DNA of 40,494 nucleotides from Alphaproteobacteria bacterium (GTDB lineage Bacteria; Pseudomonadota; Alphaproteobacteria; Rs-D84): NCBI GenBank assembly GCA_017650945.1, contig JAGCDW010000025.1, positions 1 to 40,494 of the forward strand, read 5' to 3'. Shown piece by piece: positions 35,132 to 40,494 of this stretch (position 1 is its first letter; each line of letters starts with the position of its first letter). The notes under the pieces were generated by a model. It saw only the letters and a program-made list of their open reading frames with translations, ran no database searches and was not told where the DNA came from. The position numbers and the translations under genes were made by a program.

Positions 35132-35686
35132 TTATTTCTTTTTCTTTGTTCTTGTTGCCTTTGCGCTTTCCTTGGCGGCCTTGGCAATTGCATCATGCAG
35201 TGCAGATTCTGAAACCAACCCCAACACAATCGGGCTTTGGATTTGAATATCCGCATAACTTTTGTGCGTTTTATTACGGACAGATGCAACCGTGTTGTTT
35301 GTACTGCGCATAAGTCTTGCAATTTGTCCATCGGTCAATTCAGGGCAATTTTTCAAAATCCATAAAATTCCCCCAAGACGGTTTTGGCGCAAAATCTTTG
35401 GCGTATAACCAATTCCCTTTTTGTTTTGGGCATTTTGCGCACGAACGATGCTTTCTTGGAGTGTAAGACGCGCCGTCGGGTCAGATTCGCAAAGTGCAAT
35501 ATCTTCGCGTGTGACCTGACCGTTCAAAATTGGGTTCAGACCCTGAATCCTTTGGGTTTCGGCATCGGCGATATTTTTAACCTCTAATTCATGCAGACCG
35601 CAAAAATCGGCAATCTGTTCAAAGGTCAGCGCGGTGTTTTCAATCAACCACAACGCAGTGGATTTCGGCATATACGGGTAATTCAT
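35132..35686 (-). CDS. DUF1013 / TrcR-type protein
   Basis: MPKSTALWLIENTALTFEQIADFCGLHELEVKNIADAE....GLNPILNGQVTREDI matches the remembered DUF1013 N-terminus. Confidence 0.7.
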   Translation of the reverse strand: MNYPYMPKSTALWLIENTALTFEQIADFCGLHELEVKNIADAETQRIQGLNPILNGQVTREDIALCESDPTARLTLQESIVRAQNAQNKKGIGYTPKILRQNRLGGILWILKNCPELTDGQIARLMRSTNNTVASVRNKTHKSYADIQIQSPIVLGLVSESALHDAIAKAAKESAKATRTKKKK

Positions 35687-35760
35687 AAGATATCCTCTTT
35701 GTCTACTCCGCTAAATATAGCACAATACGCACCATATTCAAGCGGTTTTTTATAATTTTT

Positions 35761-37194
35761 TTATAGTTTTATATCCCACACTGTTCCTGTTGCGGTATCG
35801 CGAACATCAAGTCCTAGCCCAAGTAATTCGTCACGCACCGCATCAGAACGTGCAAAATCACGTTCTTGTTTTGCACGCACGCGTTCGGCAATTCGTTCTT
35901 GTATAAAGTTTTCGCTTATATTCTTTGCGGTCAAAAATGCCTTTTTGGTGTTTTCTACATACTTTGTGGCATCCGCCTGCAATATGTTCAGTACACCAAA
36001 AAGTTCAACAATATGCCCACATATTTCTTCAAGGTTGTATGCCGAACATGGTTTTCGCAATTCGCCGTCGATAAAGTCAAACCACCCGAACGCATTCGCG
36101 ATAAGGTGCGATGTATTAAAATTGTCATCCATCGCGTTTTCAAATTCCGCTGTGATTTCGGCAATTTTTTGTGCCGTTTTGGTGGCATCAACCTTTGATT
36201 TATCCGCGTCTTTTGCGTCGGCAAGCGTTGAATACATACGGTAAACGTGCCTATGTGCCACCGGGAAAAAGTCATCCGTTATATCAATATCATTTGAATA
36301 TGTATTTCGAAGTAATGCGAACCTTATCGTGTCGGCATCATATTGTGCAAGCATATCGCGCAACAATATACCGTTTCCTAAAGATTTACTCATTTTTTGA
36401 CCATTTATTTTCACCAATCCGCAATGCACCCAATATTTTGCAAACTGTTTACCGGTCACAGATTCCGTTTGTGCAATTTCATTTTCATGGTGCGGGAAAA
36501 CCAAATCGCGTCCACCGCCATGAATATCAATTTGTTCACCAAGGAATCGCATGTTCATTGCGCTGTATTCAATATGCCATCCCGGGCGGCCGCGTCCCCA
36601 TGGCGATTCCCAATAAATTTCCCCGGGCTTTGCCGATTTCCACAATGCAAAATCAAGTTCATTTTGCTTGCCGGGTTCAGTGTCTTTACGCACCGCAATT
36701 TCATTTTTATCCAAATTTATGTGTGACAATTTACCGTATCCCGGGAAAGTGTCCAATTTGAAATATACATCACCGGTATCGGCAACATATGCATGACCGC
36801 CATCTATCAATTTTTTGATGAATTCTATGATGTCGTCAATGCAACGCGTTGCGCGTGCCATAACGGTTGGCCGATTATTACCCAATGCATCCATTTGCGC
36901 ATCGGTTGTGACAATATGTTCTTCGGCAAACTGCATCGGGTCCTGACCGATGGTGTTGGCATTTTTAATTATATTATCATCGACATCGGTATAATTCCGA
37001 ACATATGTCACATCATAACCCCGATATGCCAAATAGCGGGTTATTACATCAAAAACCACCGATTGGTAGGCGTGTCCAACATGTGCATCGCCGGAAACAG
37101 TAATTCCACAGGCGTACATTTTAACCTTGCCTGGGGTTAGTGGGGCAAATTCTTCCTTTTGCCGTGACATAACATTATAAATTCGAAGTGACAT
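35761..37194 (-). CDS. cysS: Cysteine--tRNA ligase
   Basis: YACGITVSGDAHVGHA (HIGH) and KMSKSLGN motifs. Confidence 0.92.
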   Translation of the reverse strand: MSLRIYNVMSRQKEEFAPLTPGKVKMYACGITVSGDAHVGHAYQSVVFDVITRYLAYRGYDVTYVRNYTDVDDNIIKNANTIGQDPMQFAEEHIVTTDAQMDALGNNRPTVMARATRCIDDIIEFIKKLIDGGHAYVADTGDVYFKLDTFPGYGKLSHINLDKNEIAVRKDTEPGKQNELDFALWKSAKPGEIYWESPWGRGRPGWHIEYSAMNMRFLGEQIDIHGGGRDLVFPHHENEIAQTESVTGKQFAKYWVHCGLVKINGQKMSKSLGNGILLRDMLAQYDADTIRFALLRNTYSNDIDITDDFFPVAHRHVYRMYSTLADAKDADKSKVDATKTAQKIAEITAEFENAMDDNFNTSHLIANAFGWFDFIDGELRKPCSAYNLEEICGHIVELFGVLNILQADATKYVENTKKAFLTAKNISENFIQERIAERVRAKQERDFARSDAVRDELLGLGLDVRDTATGTVWDIKL

Positions 37195-37261
37195 AATATA
37201 AAACCTTTCGTTGTCCGTATATCATATAACAATAAATAATTTTTTGCAACAGTATAAAGAC

Positions 37262-38182
37262 CTAATTTTCCGCATCATCCGAAAGCGGATGGCACTTTTC
37301 ATATATATTCATGATTTCGGACATATTTACCTTGGTATAAAGTTGCGTTGTGGAAAGCGATGAATGCCCAAGTAATTCTTGTAAACTGCGCAAATCTGCA
37401 CCGTCCGACAATAGTGCCGTTGCAAATGTATGGCGCAATGCGTGCGGCGTGACATAGTCCGGCAACTGCAAAAATGCACGCACTTTTTCAATAACCTTTT
37501 CCGCCATACGCGCCGACATAGGAAGGCCCCGCACACTGCGGAATAATTCATCGTCCGCCGCGTTCCCGAACGGGCGTAACGCAAGATATTTTTCAATCGC
37601 GCGATTGACGGCTGGCAACACGGGGACAATTCGTTCCTTGGAACCCTTGCCCATAATGCGCAGGCTTTCCGGCGCGCCGGCGATGTCGCAATTCTTTAAC
37701 GATAATGCCTCTGATATACGCAGGCCGCAACCAAACAGCAATGTCACTAATGCCCAATCGCGCGCGGCAACCCAAGGTTCGTTTTCATCAATTGCGTTTA
37801 TCGCGCCATGCATATCGTCAACGTCCGAAGGTTCAATCGCCTTGGACAATTTCTTTGGGATTTTTGGCGAAGATATTAAATCAATCGCATCATTTTTTAT
37901 GCCGTGATATTTGGCAAGATACTTGAATAATCCGCGCACCGATGACAGCGCGCGCGCCGTCGATTTGAACGAAAGTTCGCGCCTTTGCCGGTCGGCAAGC
38001 CACGAACGAAACGCGATTGTGTCGATTGTTGCGATATCGCCCAGTGCGGGTGCCGCACCAGAAAACCGCGTCATAAATTCCATAAAATCCGCAATATCAG
38101 TCCGGTACGCAATCGCCGTGTGCGCCGAATAATTCTTTGTCGCGGTCAGGTATTCGATAAATTCGTCGATTATATCCTGCAT
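37262..38182 (-). CDS. Tyrosine recombinase, XerC/XerD type
   Basis: HALRHTFATALLSDGADLRSLQELLGHSSLSTTQLYT, and an N-terminal SAM-like domain (TAIAYRTDIADF). Confidence 0.85.
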   Translation of the reverse strand: MQDIIDEFIEYLTATKNYSAHTAIAYRTDIADFMEFMTRFSGAAPALGDIATIDTIAFRSWLADRQRRELSFKSTARALSSVRGLFKYLAKYHGIKNDAIDLISSPKIPKKLSKAIEPSDVDDMHGAINAIDENEPWVAARDWALVTLLFGCGLRISEALSLKNCDIAGAPESLRIMGKGSKERIVPVLPAVNRAIEKYLALRPFGNAADDELFRSVRGLPMSARMAEKVIEKVRAFLQLPDYVTPHALRHTFATALLSDGADLRSLQELLGHSSLSTTQLYTKVNMSEIMNIYEKCHPLSDDAEN

Positions 38183-38183
38183 A

Positions 38184-38915
38184 TTATTTTATTTCAAAGA
38201 TTGCGGAAACGCGGACGGAAACATCGGTATCCTTGCCCGTTATTGCACCGCCGGCATAGCCCGAACCAGTGTCCATAACGGCCATTTCCGCCTTGGCGAG
38301 TCTAAAATTCGCGGTTGGCGCGGTATATGACCCGCCGTTTGAATATGACACAGCAAGTAATTTACCCGCTTTTTTCCCGACACCAGCGGCAAGGCCGTTT
38401 GCGCGGTCACGCGCGTTTTCCACCGCCGTCCCCAGGCACGATTCCAAAACCGGCTTCATCGTTTCGGCCGCAGTAAACATGCGCAGGTTTGTTACGAAAA
38501 CATCTTCGGCACCTGCGAATTTGTTCAGGACTTTTTCAATCGTGTCAATATCACTTGCCGACACGTCCAATGCGATTGTCGTTTCAATTCCAACGAATTC
38601 AGATTTCTGTTTCGTGTGATTCCATTCAGATTTTTCGTAAGAATTAAATTCACTGGTTTGCACCTTGACATCTAAAGTTTTCAAAAAAGCGTTCATTTCC
38701 GCAACCTTGGTCGATGCGATTTTCATAGATTTCGCCGCGCTTTTGTCCGTCACACTTACGCGCAGTGTTATCGCCGTCCGGTCTTTTGGCACAGATGTCA
38801 AACATTCGCCATCAACACTGATTGTTCGCGGCTGCGCAAATCTGTCAATTGCAAACCACCCAAGCACCAACACGCACACGGCCGCAACCGCGCACCCAAG
38901 TAATTTATTATTCAT
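38184..38915 (-). CDS. SIMPL/DUF541 (BP26-like) periplasmic protein
   Basis: TM/signal sequence then ISVDGECLTSVPKDRTAITLRVSV...VSAIFEIK. The start was chosen at the ATG after AGGAG. Confidence 0.7.
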   Translation of the reverse strand: MNNKLLGCAVAAVCVLVLGWFAIDRFAQPRTISVDGECLTSVPKDRTAITLRVSVTDKSAAKSMKIASTKVAEMNAFLKTLDVKVQTSEFNSYEKSEWNHTKQKSEFVGIETTIALDVSASDIDTIEKVLNKFAGAEDVFVTNLRMFTAAETMKPVLESCLGTAVENARDRANGLAAGVGKKAGKLLAVSYSNGGSYTAPTANFRLAKAEMAVMDTGSGYAGGAITGKDTDVSVRVSAIFEIK

Positions 38916-38940
38916 TTTCTTTTCTCCTTTCTTTTTCATT

Positions 38941-39942
38941 TTATTTTTTCCCAAGAGTTACACGCCGCACGCGCGATAAAGTTTTATCGGCAATTTTTCG
39001 CGCAATTTCCGCACCGCCCGCAAGCGCAGAATCCAATTCATCGCGATGATTCATTAGGTATTCATAACGTTCCCGCATTGGTGCCAATACTGAATCCATT
39101 TTTTCATAAAGAATTGTCTTTGCCGTGCCGTATCCCATGCCGCCCGCACGAAACATTTCGGCAAACTTTTCAATTTCGGCCGCGTCCGCAAAGTGTTTAT
39201 ACAATTGGAATATGGTTGAAATTTCAGGGTCTTTTGATTCTTCGGGCGTTTTACTATCAGTAATAATGCGCATAATTTTCTTTTTCAACTCCCCAGAATT
39301 CGCCATAAGCGGAATTACATTGTCATAAGACTTGCTCATCTTGCGGCCGTCAAGTCCCGGAATAATTCCCGCATCGGGGGCAATTTGCGCATCAGGCAAT
39401 TTCAAGACATTACCATAAATCGTGTTAAAGTGCCCCGCAATATCGCGCGCGAATTCAACATGCTGTTTCTGGTCGGCGCCAACGGGTACAACATCCGCAC
39501 CGTAAAGCAATATGTCCGCCGCCATCAAAATCGGGTAAGTATAAAGTCCCATGTTTACGCCCATATCCGCGTCCGCGCCGGCCGCAGTATTGCGATCAAC
39601 CGCCGCCTTGTAAGAATGGGCACGGTCCATCAATCCCTTTGGCGTTACATTGGTAAGAATCGTCGCCAATTCGCACACCGCCGGCACATCCGATTGCCGA
39701 AACAGCAAGACATTATCCATATTTACCCCAATCGACATGATAATCGCGGCGATTTCATAGGTATGCTCACGCACCGCATTTGCATCATGCATAATGTTCA
39801 GCGCGTGCAAATCCGCGACAAAAACGATTGTCTTGTGCGCCGCCGAAATGTCCCGAATCTGTCGCAAGGCACCGATATAGTTGCCCAAATGCACCGTTCC
39901 TGTCGGTTTGATTCCCGTTAAAAATATTTTCGTATCAGACAT
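38941..39942 (-). CDS. trpS: Tryptophan--tRNA ligase
   Basis: GIKPTGTVHLGNYIG (HIGH-like) and KMSKS motifs. Confidence 0.92.
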   Translation of the reverse strand: MSDTKIFLTGIKPTGTVHLGNYIGALRQIRDISAAHKTIVFVADLHALNIMHDANAVREHTYEIAAIIMSIGVNMDNVLLFRQSDVPAVCELATILTNVTPKGLMDRAHSYKAAVDRNTAAGADADMGVNMGLYTYPILMAADILLYGADVVPVGADQKQHVEFARDIAGHFNTIYGNVLKLPDAQIAPDAGIIPGLDGRKMSKSYDNVIPLMANSGELKKKIMRIITDSKTPEESKDPEISTIFQLYKHFADAAEIEKFAEMFRAGGMGYGTAKTILYEKMDSVLAPMRERYEYLMNHRDELDSALAGGAEIARKIADKTLSRVRRVTLGKK

Positions 39943-40059
39943 CTTTTAACCTGTTTGTTTTCGCTATTATAAACTTTTTTTATGGGAAAATCAACCCGTC
40001 ACCGCAACGCATCAATGTACAATTAAAATGGGATAGGGGTATTATTCCAGAATACCGTC

Positions 40060-40232
40060 ATCCCGCAAAAGTGCGGGATCCAGTTTTTGCAAATGCAAAA
40101 ACTTGCGTCGCAGACACAAAGTTTTTCATTGTTTCACAATGAAAAATCTCCTGCGGAGCAAGTCCTCGCTACGCTCAGCCTGGGCCCCGCGCTTCCGCGG
40201 GGTGACGAAAATCCGCCAGGTGGCGGATTTTC
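40060..40232. repeat. Hairpin-dense intergenic element (five stem-loops)
   Basis: Five stem-loops: atcccgca-aaag-tgcgggat; gtttttgca-aa-tgcaaaaac; tttttcattg-tttca-caatgaaaaa; ccccgcg-cttc-cgcgggg; gaaaatccgcc-aggt-ggcggattttc. The last is the likely rpsD terminator. Confidence 0.6.
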
Positions 40233-40257
40233 GAATTTTTGCCAAATAATTCTGAAC

Positions 40258-40494
40258 TTAACGCGAATAAAATTCGACAACCAATTCAGGAAACATTTGA
40301 ACCGGATACGGAACATCCGCAAATGCAGGCACGCGAGTAAATGTCGCAACGAAATTTGCACTGTCCACATTGATATAGTCCGGTGTATTGCGTTCGCCAG
40401 ATTCTAACGCCAACACAACCAATGGCATTTGTTTTGCCTTGTCACTGACCGTGATAACATCGCCCGGTTTAACCTGGTACGATGCGATTTTCAC
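40258..40494 (-). CDS. rpsD: 30S ribosomal protein S4, C-terminal part (5' end outside the window)
   Basis: SYQVKPGDVITV....K (S4 domain) and ...VVEFYSR C-terminus. The ORF is open to the window edge. Confidence 0.85.
   Translation of the reverse strand: MKIASYQVKPGDVITVSDKAKQMPLVVLALESGERNTPDYINVDSANFVATFTRVPAFADVPYPVQMFPELVVEFYSR

Noticed and set aside
37262-38182. The Xer-type recombinase as the enzyme that might invert the 12.8-13.6 kb segment or act on the tRNA-Gly repeat.
   Set aside because: It is about 24 kb away, sits among housekeeping genes, and has the standard XerC/D architecture. Nothing links it to those sites.
40087-40407. ORFs of 106 aa (+) and 78 aa (-) in the trpS-rpsD spacer.
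   Set aside because: They are composed of the stem-loop repeats and run into the antisense of rpsD. They have no SD.

Overview
This 40.5 kb window is a moderately AT-rich bacterial chromosome segment. It is probably alphaproteobacterial, an inference from several family hallmarks: a DUF1013/TrcR-type gene directly upstream of rpoD, a DUF2155 gene, an AddA-type helicase, and Ala/Lys-rich tails on S16 and L25. The backbone is housekeeping: gpmI, tadA, rsmD, rplY, pfk, tRNA-Gly(CCC), gdh, rpsP-rimM-trmD-rplS, tsaD, xseA, recN, addA-like, rpoD, cysS, a Xer recombinase, trpS and a partial rpsD. Four things stand out from that backbone. (1) A family of signal-peptide proteins shares an N-terminal domain, and three clustered members at 12.5-15.0 kb carry 3, 1 (behind an in-frame TAA) and 6 tandem C-C-CC-C-C knottin-like modules. 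A distant member lies at 7.2 kb, and a large Cys-rich tail-fibre-like protein is cut by the window start. (2) Four tandem paralogous small Cys4 proteins, each with its own Shine-Dalgarno site, sit between rimM and trmD. A further 80-aa ORF sits between rpsP and rimM. (3) An AT-rich minus-strand cluster of five or six unrecognisable genes lies at 18.9-21.3 kb and includes a tandem paralog pair. (4) The addA-like gene is split into a helicase ORF and a separate PD-(D/E)xK nuclease ORF. Smaller signals are a duplicated tRNA-Gly 3' end, a reused terminator hairpin element, and a hairpin-dense spacer near rpsD. I saw no CRISPR array, no rRNA, no transposase and no phage integrase next to the tRNA. 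All functional calls rest on motif recognition by eye, with no database search.
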